A stretch of DNA of 64,000 nucleotides. Origin: an uncultured delta proteobacterium. Lineage in GTDB: Bacteria; Desulfobacterota; Desulfobaccia; Desulfobaccales; 0-14-0-80-60-11. The stretch's first letter is position 1. Every line of letters begins with the position of its first letter. Of the stretch, positions 32,808 to 42,294 are shown in pieces. The stretch is taken from contig CAWETI010000002.1 of assembly GCA_963812015.1 (NCBI GenBank), forward strand, positions 1,504,001-1,568,000, given 5' to 3'. The notes under the pieces are model-generated. The model saw nothing but the letters and a program-made list of their open reading frames with translations, did not search any database and was not told where the DNA came from. The translations under genes and the position numbers were made by a program.

Positions 32808-32875
32808 TATTAATTCCACAGGCTTCTTACAAATTCCCTCGCAGGTTTGCGAGGTCGTAAGGTAAGGTACTCACG

Positions 32876-34021
32876 ATGAAAATGTATTTGATGACCCCGG
32901 GACCGACTCCGGTGGCCCCGGAGACCCAGCTGGCTATGGCTCAGCCCATCATTCACCACCGCTCACCCCAATTTATGGAGATCTTGGCGGAGGTGAGAGA
33001 TGGTCTGAAATATCTGTTCCAAACGGAGCAGGAAGTGCTCATGTTCACCGCGACCGGCACCGGCGCCATGGAAGGGTCGGTGGCCAACACCCTGTCCGCC
33101 GGGGATACCGCCCTGGTGGTGGACGGCGGCAAGTTTGGCGAGCGCTGGACCGAACTGTGCAACGTTTACGGGGTCAAGGTGAATCGCCTCGCCGTGGAAT
33201 GGGGCCGGGCCGTGGACCCCAAAGCAGTGGCCAAGATCCTGGATGCCAATCCGGACATCAAGGCGGTCATGGTCCAGGCCAATGAGACCTCCACCGGCGT
33301 GCAGCACCCGGTGAAAGAACTGGCGGCAGTGACCAAAAACCGCCCGGGGACCATCCTGATAGTAGACGCCATCTCGGCTTTGGGCGGCTATGCGCTCCCC
33401 ATGGACGAGTGGGGCATCGACGTGCTGGTGGCGGGTTCGCAGAAGGCCATGATGCTGCCCCCGGGCCTGGCGTTTGCGGCCCTGAGCCCCAAGGCCTGGG
33501 AGTTCGTCAAAAAATCCACCCTGCCCAAATATTACTTTGATTTCACCAAGCAGCTCAAATCCCAGGGGAAGAACCAGACGCCGTATACCTCGCCGGTCTC
33601 CCTGGTTTTGGGCTTGCAGGAAGTCCTGGGCAAGATCAAGAAGTCCGGGCTGGAGAAGATCTATGCCCACAACCGGCGGCTGTCCAGGGCCACCAAGGCG
33701 GCCATGGCGGCGATGGGGCTCAGTCTCTATTCCAAGGACAATGCCTCGGACGTCTTGACCGCAGTGGAGGCCCCGGCCGGGGTTGACGGTCAGAAGGTGG
33801 TGAGCAAGCTCCGGGAGCAGGGGATCTGGATCGCCGGCGGCCAGGCCCAGGCCAAGGGCAAGATCTTCCGCATCGCCCACATGGGCTTCATCGACACCGT
33901 GGATCTCCTGGGCACCCTGGGCGGGCTGGAGACGGTGCTCAATGGATTAGGATACAAGGTCGAACCCGGCGTGGGGCTGCGGGCGGCTCAAGATATCTTG
34001 ACCAAGGAGGCAGGGGCATGA
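32876..34021 (+). CDS. Class V PLP aminotransferase (AGXT/SgaA family; probable phosphoserine aminotransferase role)
   Basis: MTPGPT, GTGAME, NETSTG, VDAIS, GSQK (PLP Lys), FRIAHMG; ATGA-coupled to serA. Confidence 0.93.
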   Translation: MKMYLMTPGPTPVAPETQLAMAQPIIHHRSPQFMEILAEVRDGLKYLFQTEQEVLMFTATGTGAMEGSVANTLSAGDTALVVDGGKFGERWTELCNVYGVKVNRLAVEWGRAVDPKAVAKILDANPDIKAVMVQANETSTGVQHPVKELAAVTKNRPGTILIVDAISALGGYALPMDEWGIDVLVAGSQKAMMLPPGLAFAALSPKAWEFVKKSTLPKYYFDFTKQLKSQGKNQTPYTSPVSLVLGLQEVLGKIKKSGLEKIYAHNRRLSRATKAAMAAMGLSLYSKDNASDVLTAVEAPAGVDGQKVVSKLREQGIWIAGGQAQAKGKIFRIAHMGFIDTVDLLGTLGGLETVLNGLGYKVEPGVGLRAAQDILTKEAGA

Positions 34022-35601
34022 AAGTCCTGATCAGCGATAACTTACACCAGGCCGGGATTGACATTCTCAAGTCCCATGCCAACATTGAGGTAGTGGCCCG
34101 CCCCGGCATGAAGCCGGAGGAGTTGCTGGCGGAAATCAAGGACGCGGACGCGCTGGTCATCCGCAGCGCCACCAAGGTAACCGCGGATCTAATTGCCGCC
34201 TCGCCCCGGTTAAAGGTGGTGGGTCGGGCCGGCACCGGGCTGGACAACGTGGACATCCCCGCGGCCTCCAAACGTGGCATCGTGGTGATGAACACCCCCG
34301 GAGGCAACACCATCACCACCGCGGAGCACGCCTTGTCGCTCATGATGGCCCTGGCCCGGAACATTCCCCAGGCCTCCCAGTCCATGCGGGAAGGCAAGTG
34401 GGAGAAAAAGAAATTTCAGGGCACCGAACTTTTCAACAAGACCCTGGGAATCATCGGCATGGGGCGCATCGGCACCGTGGTGGCCGAACGGGCCCTGGGC
34501 CTGAGGATGCGGGTGCTGTGCTACGACCCCTTCATTACCAAGGAACTGGCCGCCAAGATCGGGGCGGAGCTGGTCTCCCTGGACGAACTTCTGGCCCGTT
34601 CGGACTTCATCACCATCCACACCCCGAAGACCAAGGACACGGCCAAACTCCTGAGCCGGGAAGCCTTCATGAAGATGAAACCCGGGGTGCGCCTGATCAA
34701 CTGCGCCCGGGGCGGTCTGATCGACGAGGCGGCCTTGCTGGAAGCCTTGAAGGAAGGGAAAGTGGCCGGCGCGGCCCTGGATGTCTACGAGACCGAGCCG
34801 CCCGCCGGTGACTGGCCGCTGCGGGAGATGCCCAATGTCGTCTGCACGCCGCACCTGGGGGCTTCCACCGAGGAGGCCCAGGCCAATGTGGCGGTGGCCG
34901 TGTGTGAGCAGATTCTGGAACTGCTGCTCTACGGGACCATCAAGAACGCGGTGAATGCGCCCTCGGTTTCCCAGGAAGCCATGGGCCAACTGAAGCCTTA
35001 TCTCACTTTGGCCGAGGCCCTGGGGGCTTTTCAGGCCCAGATCAGCGAAGGGGCCATCACCTCCGTGGCCATTGCCTATGTCGGCGAGGTGGCCAAGCTG
35101 GACACCAAGCCTCTGACCCATTCCATCCTGAAAGGCATGCTCTCCCTGGTGGTGGGCGATGAAGTCAACTACGTCAACGCCCCCTCCATGGCGGCCTCCC
35201 GGGGTATCCACATCAGCGAAGAGAAAGTGGACTCCACGGAGGATTTCTCCACCCTGATCCGTCTGACCGTCAAGGCCGGACGTGAGGAAAACGTGGTGGC
35301 CGGCACCATCTTCGGAAAATATGAGCCGCGCCTGGTGCGGATCAACAAGTTCCGCATGGAGGTCGTCCCCGAGGGGCACATGCTGTTCATTTACAACACC
35401 GACCGCCCCGGGGTAATCGGCGCCATCGGCTCCACCATCGGCAAGCATAGCATCAACATCGCCCGGATGACCGTGGGCCAGGAGAAGGAGCGGGGACAGA
35501 ACGTCATCCTGCTCACCACCGACACGCCCGTGACCCCGGAATGTCTCAAGGATGTGCTGGCCCTGGAACATGTGGCCATGGCCTATCAGTTGGAGCTCTA
35601 A
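34018..35601 (+). CDS. serA: D-3-phosphoglycerate dehydrogenase (long type with ACT domain)
   Basis: RSATKV, GRAGTGLDN, GMGRIG, NCARGG, PHLGAST, C-terminal DRPGVIG ACT. Confidence 0.97.
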   Translation: MKVLISDNLHQAGIDILKSHANIEVVARPGMKPEELLAEIKDADALVIRSATKVTADLIAASPRLKVVGRAGTGLDNVDIPAASKRGIVVMNTPGGNTITTAEHALSLMMALARNIPQASQSMREGKWEKKKFQGTELFNKTLGIIGMGRIGTVVAERALGLRMRVLCYDPFITKELAAKIGAELVSLDELLARSDFITIHTPKTKDTAKLLSREAFMKMKPGVRLINCARGGLIDEAALLEALKEGKVAGAALDVYETEPPAGDWPLREMPNVVCTPHLGASTEEAQANVAVAVCEQILELLLYGTIKNAVNAPSVSQEAMGQLKPYLTLAEALGAFQAQISEGAITSVAIAYVGEVAKLDTKPLTHSILKGMLSLVVGDEVNYVNAPSMAASRGIHISEEKVDSTEDFSTLIRLTVKAGREENVVAGTIFGKYEPRLVRINKFRMEVVPEGHMLFIYNTDRPGVIGAIGSTIGKHSINIARMTVGQEKERGQNVILLTTDTPVTPECLKDVLALEHVAMAYQLEL

Positions 35602-35633
35602 AGTATTGCGACACGTAGACGCCGGAGGCAGGC

Positions 35634-36071
35634 ATGGGTGAGTCCGAAGATAAAGGTTATTCCGTCGAGGACCGGCGTTATCTCCATATGAGCGAGGAAG
35701 AGAAGGCCAAACGGCGGGAGGCGGCTGCCGAAGATGCGGTCAAAGCGGCTGCGGCTGAAGAAGCCTTTCAGGAGGCTTCCCATAAGGCCGCGTCTGAGGG
35801 CGACCAAACCGGCCAGGAAGTCCCCTTGCCGGACATCACCTTCTCTTCCCTGATCTTCTCGTTAAGTTCCTCGGCTTTTGTCGGCCTAGGGGCTATTCCG
35901 GACCCCAACACCGGCAAGACGGAAAAGAACCTTGACCTGGCCAAGCAGACCATCGATCTGCTGGGCATCCTGCGGGAAAAAACCCGGAACAACCTGAGCC
36001 AGGAGGAGGAAAACCTCTTCGATCACCTGCTCTATGATTTACGGATGTCGTATGTCAGGGAGATCGGCTGA
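35634..36071 (+). CDS. DUF1844-family protein
   Basis: F..LIFSL..SA..GLG.IPDP.TG...KNLDLAKQTIDLL..LREKTRNNL..EE pattern recognised from memory. Confidence 0.8.
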   Translation: MGESEDKGYSVEDRRYLHMSEEEKAKRREAAAEDAVKAAAAEEAFQEASHKAASEGDQTGQEVPLPDITFSSLIFSLSSSAFVGLGAIPDPNTGKTEKNLDLAKQTIDLLGILREKTRNNLSQEEENLFDHLLYDLRMSYVREIG

Positions 36072-36964
36072 TTACGGACGCCGCCGGGGAAGCGATCCGG
36101 GTACTGTGCCCCGCCAAGGTTAACCTCTACCTCAGGGTGGTGGGGCGCCGCGCCGATGGTTACCATGAACTGGTGACCGTGATGCAGCCCTTGACCATGG
36201 CCGATGAATTGACCGTAAGCCTGGCCGGGCAGGGTATCAGCCTGGAATGCGACCATCCGGAGCTGCCCCGGGGGGAAGAGAACCTGGTCTGGCGCGCCGC
36301 CCGACGGTTTCAGGAAGAGACTGGCCAGAAGTTGGGGGTGCGCCTGAACCTGCGCAAGCGGATTCCCGTGGCCGCGGGACTGGGAGGCGGGAGCAGCGAC
36401 GCGGCCGGGACCCTGTTGGCCTTGAATGACCTGGCCGGGGCGCCTCTTTCCCAGACCCGGTTGCACCGTCTGGCCAGCCTCCTGGGGGCGGATGTGCCGT
36501 TTTTTCTCAACCGGGGACCGGCGGTGGGGCGGGGCACCGGCACTGAGCTCAGTGTCGTGACCTTGCTCCCTTACTGGTATTTGCTGGTTAATCCGGGTGT
36601 GCCCCTGTCCACCCGCTGGGTCTATGAAAATCTCGATCTGGCCGGCCTGCCGGGGCCGCCGGCGATTGAGGCCTGGGACCCGGACCATCCGGAAACCTGG
36701 GTGCGCAACGATCTGGGGACGGTGGCGCTGAAGCGTTTTCCGGAACTGGGGGGGCTTCTGGCAGGACTGAAGGAATCAGGGGCCTGGTGCCAGGGCATTT
36801 CCGGGAGCGGCCCCACTTTATTCGGCCTGTTCCGAAGCCGGGAGGCGGCGCAGCAGGCGGGCCAGAGGTTACGCCGGACCTTCCGGGGCTGGCTGGCCGT
36901 AGCCCGGGGCCTCACCGGCCCGGAACCCGAGACGACCTGGGAGAACCACGCATGGATGATCTAA
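36068..36964 (+). CDS. ispE: 4-diphosphocytidyl-2-C-methyl-D-erythritol kinase; non-canonical start (CTG 36068 or ATT 36071)
   Basis: PAKVNLYL lies upstream of the track start; GYHEL, IPVAAGLGGGSSDAA, LGADVPF, SGSGPT. Confidence 0.95.
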   Translation: MITDAAGEAIRVLCPAKVNLYLRVVGRRADGYHELVTVMQPLTMADELTVSLAGQGISLECDHPELPRGEENLVWRAARRFQEETGQKLGVRLNLRKRIPVAAGLGGGSSDAAGTLLALNDLAGAPLSQTRLHRLASLLGADVPFFLNRGPAVGRGTGTELSVVTLLPYWYLLVNPGVPLSTRWVYENLDLAGLPGPPAIEAWDPDHPETWVRNDLGTVALKRFPELGGLLAGLKESGAWCQGISGSGPTLFGLFRSREAAQQAGQRLRRTFRGWLAVARGLTGPEPETTWENHAWMI

Positions 36965-37887
36965 AGGTCTTTAGCGGCAACGCCAACCGCCCTCTGGCGG
37001 AGAAGATTTGCCAGCATCTCGAAATACCTCTGGGAGATGCAGCGGTGGGACATTTTTCTGACGGGGAAATCTCGGTGGAGTTTCGGGAGAATGTCCGAGG
37101 TAAGGATGTTTACATCGTGCAGCCCACGTCCATGCCCTGCAACGAACACCTCTTAGAACTGCTTATCATGATTGACGCCCTGAAACGGGCTTCGGCGCGC
37201 TGTATCACGGCCGTGGTGACTTATTACGCCTACGCCCGCCAGGATCGGAAGACCGCGCCCCGGACCCCCATTTCCGCCAAGCTGGTGGCCGATCTCATCA
37301 CCACCGCCGGGGCCAACCGGATGATCACCATGGACTTACATACCGGGCAGATTCAGGGATTTTTCAATATTCCGGTGGACCATATTTATGCGGCCCCTGT
37401 GACCCTGGAGTATATTCGCGAAAATTTCACCGGGGACGTGGTGGTGGTGTCTCCCGATGCCGGCGGGGTGGAGCGGGCCCGGGCCTTTGCCAAGCGCCTG
37501 GACACCTCCCTGGCGATCATCGATAAGCGGCGGGACGCCACGGCCATCAAGGCCATGACCCTGATCGGCAATGTCTGGGGCAAGGAGGCCATCATCCTGG
37601 ATGACATGGTCGCCACCGGCGCCACCCTGACCATGGCGGCGGAACTCCTGATGCGCCACGGGGTGCGGGCGGTCCATGCCTGCGTCACCCACCCGGTGAT
37701 GTCGCGCAACGCCGTAAGCAACCTCCAGGGGTCCATGGTCCAGACCCTGGCGGTCACCGACACCATTCCTCTCACCCCCGAGGCCTCGGCCCTGGAAAAA
37801 ATCCGGGTCCTGTCCGTGGCTCCGCTCCTGGGGGAGGCCATCAAGAGGATCCACAATCAGGATTCAGTGAGCTCTCTGTTCGTGTGA
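36952..37887 (+). CDS. prs: Ribose-phosphate pyrophosphokinase
   Basis: KVFSGNAN, FSDGE, YARQDRK, VSPDAGG, DDMVATGAT; ATG 36952. Confidence 0.98.
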   Translation: MDDLKVFSGNANRPLAEKICQHLEIPLGDAAVGHFSDGEISVEFRENVRGKDVYIVQPTSMPCNEHLLELLIMIDALKRASARCITAVVTYYAYARQDRKTAPRTPISAKLVADLITTAGANRMITMDLHTGQIQGFFNIPVDHIYAAPVTLEYIRENFTGDVVVVSPDAGGVERARAFAKRLDTSLAIIDKRRDATAIKAMTLIGNVWGKEAIILDDMVATGATLTMAAELLMRHGVRAVHACVTHPVMSRNAVSNLQGSMVQTLAVTDTIPLTPEASALEKIRVLSVAPLLGEAIKRIHNQDSVSSLFV

Positions 37888-38036
37888 GGGAGCGGTCAGC
37901 AGTCAGCTTTCCACAATCAGCGGCTTTCATCATTTTCTTGTGTTCTCATGCCGTTCCGGTTGATAATCTTTCAAGGCGTAGAATCTCGCTGTTTTCAGCG
38001 GTAAGCTGATATGCCTACTGATAGCTGAAGGCTCAT

Positions 38037-38618
38037 ATGCGATTGATCGTGGGATTAGGGAATCCCGGCCGGGAGTATGCCTGGACCCGGCATAATCTGG
38101 GATTCCAGGTGGCGGCGCATCTATCGGAACTTTGGGGTATTCCGTTAAACCGCCACAGTCATGCCTCGGTCTGGGGCCGGGGACGGGTGGGATCGGAGGC
38201 CGTCATCCTGGCCCAGCCCACCACGTTCATGAATCTAAGCGGTCAGGCGGTGTCCCGCCTCATGGCCTATTTCAAGCTCACTCCCGGGGATTTAGTGGTC
38301 ATCCATGACGATCTGGATGTGCCTTTGTGGCGCCTTAAGCTCACGACGCGGGGCGGCCCCGGAGGCCATCGGGGCGTTCTGGACCTCATTGCGACTCTGC
38401 ACACGGAGGAGTTTCTCAGGGTCAAGCTGGGGATTGGCCGGCCCGCCCCCGGAATGCCGACGGAACGATATGTGCTGTCGCCTTTCCCGGCTGAGGACGC
38501 TGAAAACGTGGCTGAACTGATCGAACGGGGGGGCCAGGCGGTGGCGACGTTGCTGACGGAAGGGCTTACTGCGGCCCAAAACCGCTTCCACGGAGAGGCG
38601 ATCGATTCGAAAGAATAG
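38037..38618 (+). CDS. pth: Peptidyl-tRNA hydrolase
   Basis: LIVGLGNPG, TRHNLGF, TFMNLSG, HDDLD, GGHRG, GIGRP. Confidence 0.98.
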   Translation: MRLIVGLGNPGREYAWTRHNLGFQVAAHLSELWGIPLNRHSHASVWGRGRVGSEAVILAQPTTFMNLSGQAVSRLMAYFKLTPGDLVVIHDDLDVPLWRLKLTTRGGPGGHRGVLDLIATLHTEEFLRVKLGIGRPAPGMPTERYVLSPFPAEDAENVAELIERGGQAVATLLTEGLTAAQNRFHGEAIDSKE

Positions 38619-38628
38619 AACTTATACC

Positions 38629-38905
38629 GGTGGCACAGGCAACTCGCCTGCGCCACCATTTGGTTTTGGAGCTTTTCCAGCCAGTCGCAGATGAGCCTTT
38701 GCTTCACGCGAAACTATGAAGGTCCCTGGTAGGGGCGGTTCGCGAACCGCCCCTACGGGGACTTTTCCCGTGATGTGATAGCGTTTGCCACAAAATCATT
38801 TCACTGGCTGATTTTTAAATCCCCCTCAATCCCCCTTTGCCAAAGGGGGACTTGATTGTCAATTTTCCTTGGTCCCCCCGTTGCTCAAGGAGGGCAGGGG
38901 GGTTG
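38629..38905. repeat. Cluster of REP-like palindromes
   Basis: GGTGGCACAGGC/GCCTGCGCCACC (38629-38657); GTAGGGGCGGTTCGCGAACCGCCCCTAC (38729-38756); TCCCCCTTTG-C-CAAAGGGGGA (about 38830-38850). Confidence 0.8.
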
Positions 38906-38978
38906 GTTTTGAGAACATTTCCCATAAGGGAAAAACCTTTTGCATTCGCTATGATTGATAGCGGGGGAGGGATGGAGC

Positions 38979-39467
38979 ATGCCGCCCAAAAGGGATGATG
39001 ACGACCGGGAACGGCCCAGCTGGCGGGAGATCGACCAGCGGCGGGACGGCACGCGCCACCGGGGACCGGCGCGGCCCCCGGTGTCCAAGCCCCAGGCGGA
39101 GTCGATCCGCAAACAGGCCCTGGCCCAGGCCGAGGCCCTGTTTAAGGGCAAACGGGCCCGGCCGGAATATCAAGCCGATCTAAAAAAGTTGGAAGCCAGC
39201 CACGGCGGCAAGAAATTCCCCGGACTGGCGAAAAAATTTCTGGAGGAGTACGGGTTGCCGGAAGAGTGGGGCGCCCTGACCCGGTTTCTGGATTATGCCG
39301 ACCCCACGGTGGTGGTGGAAGTGCTCCAGGCCATGGCGGGCCAGGCGGCAAAGCGCAGCCGGGTGGAGCAGCAGGGTTTCAAGGGCCGCTTGCAGGTTCT
39401 GGCCTTAACCAGCCCTCATGGGGAAGTGCGGCGGGTGGCTGAGGAGATTCTGGCCGGAATGGCGTGA
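38979..39467 (+). CDS. Hypothetical protein (charged N-terminus SWREID, helical C-terminus)
   Basis: GGAGG RBS, typical codon usage; no recognisable family. Confidence 0.8.
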   Translation: MPPKRDDDDRERPSWREIDQRRDGTRHRGPARPPVSKPQAESIRKQALAQAEALFKGKRARPEYQADLKKLEASHGGKKFPGLAKKFLEEYGLPEEWGALTRFLDYADPTVVVEVLQAMAGQAAKRSRVEQQGFKGRLQVLALTSPHGEVRRVAEEILAGMA

Positions 39468-39513
39468 TGAAGGCGTGGTCACTTTAATTTAATTAAATTG
39501 ATGAATAAATAAA

Positions 39514-39543
39514 TTGACAGTAATTTTACTAATGTTGTATTAT
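39514..39543 (+). promoter_or_regulatory. sigma70 promoter in AT-rich island
   Basis: TTGACA-N18-TATTAT. Confidence 0.6.
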
Positions 39544-39644
39544 CGAACCTACTTACATGATGTGGAGGAGTTATCATAAACTTATAGCATAGTTGCATCT
39601 TAACAACCTCAAGGACCATCTACGGCAGCACAAGGAGGTGCGGA

Positions 39645-40679
39645 ATGATCAGGAATGATCACCGTGTGGTTCGAGGGCTAGAAGACCCCTTCGACCCGTC
39701 TCGGATTCCCGAATTAACCGACATCATCACCGCAGACCCGCATTTCCAGGAAATCCTGGCCTGGCTGCCCATCTGCGCCGGCTCCGATCTCCCCATTCTC
39801 CTCACCGGGGAGCCCGGCACCGGCAAAGAACTGGTGGCCAGGGCTATTTATGCGCTGGGGCCGGCCTGGAGCCGGACCTACCAGCGCCTCAACTGCGCCG
39901 CCCTGACGGAGTCCCTGTCCTCCAGCGAGCTGTTTGGGCACATACAGGGGGCTTTTACCGGGGCGAGCCACGCCCGTCCGGGCAAGTTCAAGCTGGCCCA
40001 TGGGGGGACCCTGTTCCTGGATGAAGTGGGGGAACTGCCCCTGTCCATCCAACCCAAACTCCTCCGGGCGGTGGAGCAAGGGGAGATCGAACCGGTGGGC
40101 GGCGATGCCAGCGTCAAGGTGGATGTGCGCCTGATCGCCGCCACCAACCAGGATCTTGCCGGCCTCATTGCCCAGGGACGCTTCCGCCAGGATCTGTACG
40201 ACCGGTTGGCGGTACTGGCCATCCATCTGCCGCCCTTGCGGGAGCGCCCCGCTGACATCCTGCTCTTAGCGGAGCATTTCGGCCGGGAGGCGGCCCAACG
40301 CTATGGCCGAGGCCAGTCTTTGCAGTTCAGCAACGCCGCCCGGCGCCGACTGGGGAGACAGGCCTGGCCGGGTAATGCCCGGGAACTCAAGAACGTGGTC
40401 ACCCGGGCCGTGCTGTTAAGTTCAGGCAGCCTCATCCGGGAGCAGGATCTGTTTTTTAACCCGGGGAAGTGTTTGCCGCCGAAGCTTACCCCGGACCCGG
40501 GGGAAGGGGGGCTGGCGTCCCGTCCCTCGGCGGGGCGACTGAGGGAACTTTTGGCGTCGGAAGGGGGGAACGTGGCGGCTTTGTCGCGCCGCCTCCAAGT
40601 CTGCAGCAAGACCATCTATCGCTGGGTCAAAACCTATCACATTAATCTGATGGACAGCCGTGACGCCGCGGTAGTTTGA
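39645..40679 (+). CDS. sigma54-dependent enhancer-binding protein without N-terminal sensor domain
   Basis: GEPGTGKE, SELFGHIQGAFTGA, LFLDEV, RLIAATN, WPGNAREL, C-terminal Fis-like HTH. Confidence 0.95.
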   Translation: MIRNDHRVVRGLEDPFDPSRIPELTDIITADPHFQEILAWLPICAGSDLPILLTGEPGTGKELVARAIYALGPAWSRTYQRLNCAALTESLSSSELFGHIQGAFTGASHARPGKFKLAHGGTLFLDEVGELPLSIQPKLLRAVEQGEIEPVGGDASVKVDVRLIAATNQDLAGLIAQGRFRQDLYDRLAVLAIHLPPLRERPADILLLAEHFGREAAQRYGRGQSLQFSNAARRRLGRQAWPGNARELKNVVTRAVLLSSGSLIREQDLFFNPGKCLPPKLTPDPGEGGLASRPSAGRLRELLASEGGNVAALSRRLQVCSKTIYRWVKTYHINLMDSRDAAVV

Positions 40680-40818
40680 GCTTTAAAAGGGCACAGCACG
40701 GTTGGCCCGCTATGGTTACTATACGAGGCGGGGACAGGTTCGCCCCTACGATACGCCGTTTTTTGCATACAACTCAGTATTACGGGTGGGCCGCAGGCCC
40801 ATGAACGACTGTCTGGGC

Positions 40819-40850
40819 AAAAAAAACCGCCCTCCTTGGCGGGAAGGCGG
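40819..40850 (-). terminator. Intrinsic terminator of nuo operon
   Basis: Minus strand CCGCCTTCC/GGAGGGCGG stem followed by T8. Confidence 0.8.
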
Positions 40851-40876
40851 CGGTGGTTGACGGGGGTGAGGCGGGA

Positions 40877-42292
40877 TCAGAGCACGGCTTTGGCCGCGGC
40901 CTTGGCCAGTTCGACGATGCGGTCCGGGAAGAAGCCGAAGCCGATGATGATGGCCGCCAGGGCATAGTTGAGCAGCCGGATGGGCAGGCTCAGGGTAATG
41001 GGGGGCAGCCCCGGGTCATCGATGAAGTAGGCGGCATAGATCACTTTCAGATAGTAATACAGGCAGATGGTGCCGTTCACCGCCCCGATGAGGACCAGCC
41101 AGAAGTATCCGGAGTTCATGGCCGAAGTGAAAATGAGCAGCTTGCCGGTGAAGCCGATGGACGGCGGCACCCCGGCCAGGGCGAAGATCCCTAAAATCAG
41201 GCTCATGCCCAACAGGGGGCAGCGGCGGTAGAGGCCGGCCAGTTCGGCGATCTTGAGGTCCCGGCCGTCAGTGGCCACCTCGGAGAGCACCATGAACACG
41301 GTGAAGTTCATCACCAGGTAGGCCAGGGCATAGTAGATGGCACCGATGTAGCCGGCTTCGGTTATGGTCAGGACGCCCATGAGGAAGACGCCGGCATGGG
41401 CGATGGAGGAGTAGGCCAGCAGGCGTTTAAAATCTTTCTGGACAATGGCCACCAGGTTGCCCAGGGTCATGGAGACGATGGAGAGGATGACCAGGGCGAT
41501 GGTGAAATTATAGCCAAAGGCGTGGCCCAAAACCGCCAGGCGCAGCAGCAGGGCGACGGCGGCGGCTTTGGAGGCGGTGGCGATGAAGGCGACGACCTGG
41601 TTGGTCGCCCCCTGGTAGACATCCGGGGCCCAGAAGTGGAAGGGGAATACCGAGAGCTTGAAGAAAAAGCCCGCCATGGCCAGGAGCAGCCCGATGATGC
41701 CGATGGGGCTGTTCACCAGCAGGGCCATCTTGGGAAGAATGTCGACCAGGTAGGTGGAGCCGGTGGCGCCGAAGATGTAGCTTAAGCCGAAGAGCATGAA
41801 GCCCGAGGACACGGCGCCGATGAAGAGATACTTGATGCCGGCTTCCACGTCGATGCCGTCACCGCGCCGGAGGGGCACCAGGATATACAGGGAGTAGGAG
41901 GACAGCTCCAGGGCCACGTAAATGGTGAGGAGTTCCACCGAACTCACCAGCATCATCATGCCGATGGTGGTGGTGGTGAGGAAGAGGTAGAATTCCGCCT
42001 GGTAGCGCTCCTCAATCTGGGCCAGGTTGTGGGAGATGGTCAAGACCAGGAAGAGACCCAGGGCCAGGGCGAACTTGAAGATCTGGCTGAACAGGTCCAC
42101 CCGGTAGGCCTTGAAGAACAGGTCCCCCTGTTGAAACAGGCAATAGCCGGTGACCAAGACGCCGATGGCCGACAAGGCCAGGGCAACCTGGTAGTCCAGC
42201 CGCACCTGCACCTCGCGCCTCAAGGTGAAGCAGAAGAAGACCAGGGCCATGCCCAGATAATAGAGTTCCGGTCCGAAGAGCATCATGTTCAT
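40877..42292 (-). CDS. nuoN: Complex I subunit N
   Basis: EAGIKY, FKLSVFPFHFWAPDVYQGA, KRLLAYSSIAHAG, GVPPSIGF. Confidence 0.95.
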   Translation of the reverse strand: MNMMLFGPELYYLGMALVFFCFTLRREVQVRLDYQVALALSAIGVLVTGYCLFQQGDLFFKAYRVDLFSQIFKFALALGLFLVLTISHNLAQIEERYQAEFYLFLTTTTIGMMMLVSSVELLTIYVALELSSYSLYILVPLRRGDGIDVEAGIKYLFIGAVSSGFMLFGLSYIFGATGSTYLVDILPKMALLVNSPIGIIGLLLAMAGFFFKLSVFPFHFWAPDVYQGATNQVVAFIATASKAAAVALLLRLAVLGHAFGYNFTIALVILSIVSMTLGNLVAIVQKDFKRLLAYSSIAHAGVFLMGVLTITEAGYIGAIYYALAYLVMNFTVFMVLSEVATDGRDLKIAELAGLYRRCPLLGMSLILGIFALAGVPPSIGFTGKLLIFTSAMNSGYFWLVLIGAVNGTICLYYYLKVIYAAYFIDDPGLPPITLSLPIRLLNYALAAIIIGFGFFPDRIVELAKAAAKAVL

Positions 42293-42294
42293 GG

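Noticed and set aside
36787..36951. N-terminal extensions given by the ORF track for prs (also rpsL, nuoB, MBL, creatininase, HAD)
   Set aside because: They overlap upstream genes or promoters; downstream starts with an RBS or matching the family N-terminus fit better.
36960..38036. tRNA-Gln expected near ispE/prs
   Set aside because: No cloverleaf or T-loop GGTTCGA context found here, or by eye elsewhere in the window.
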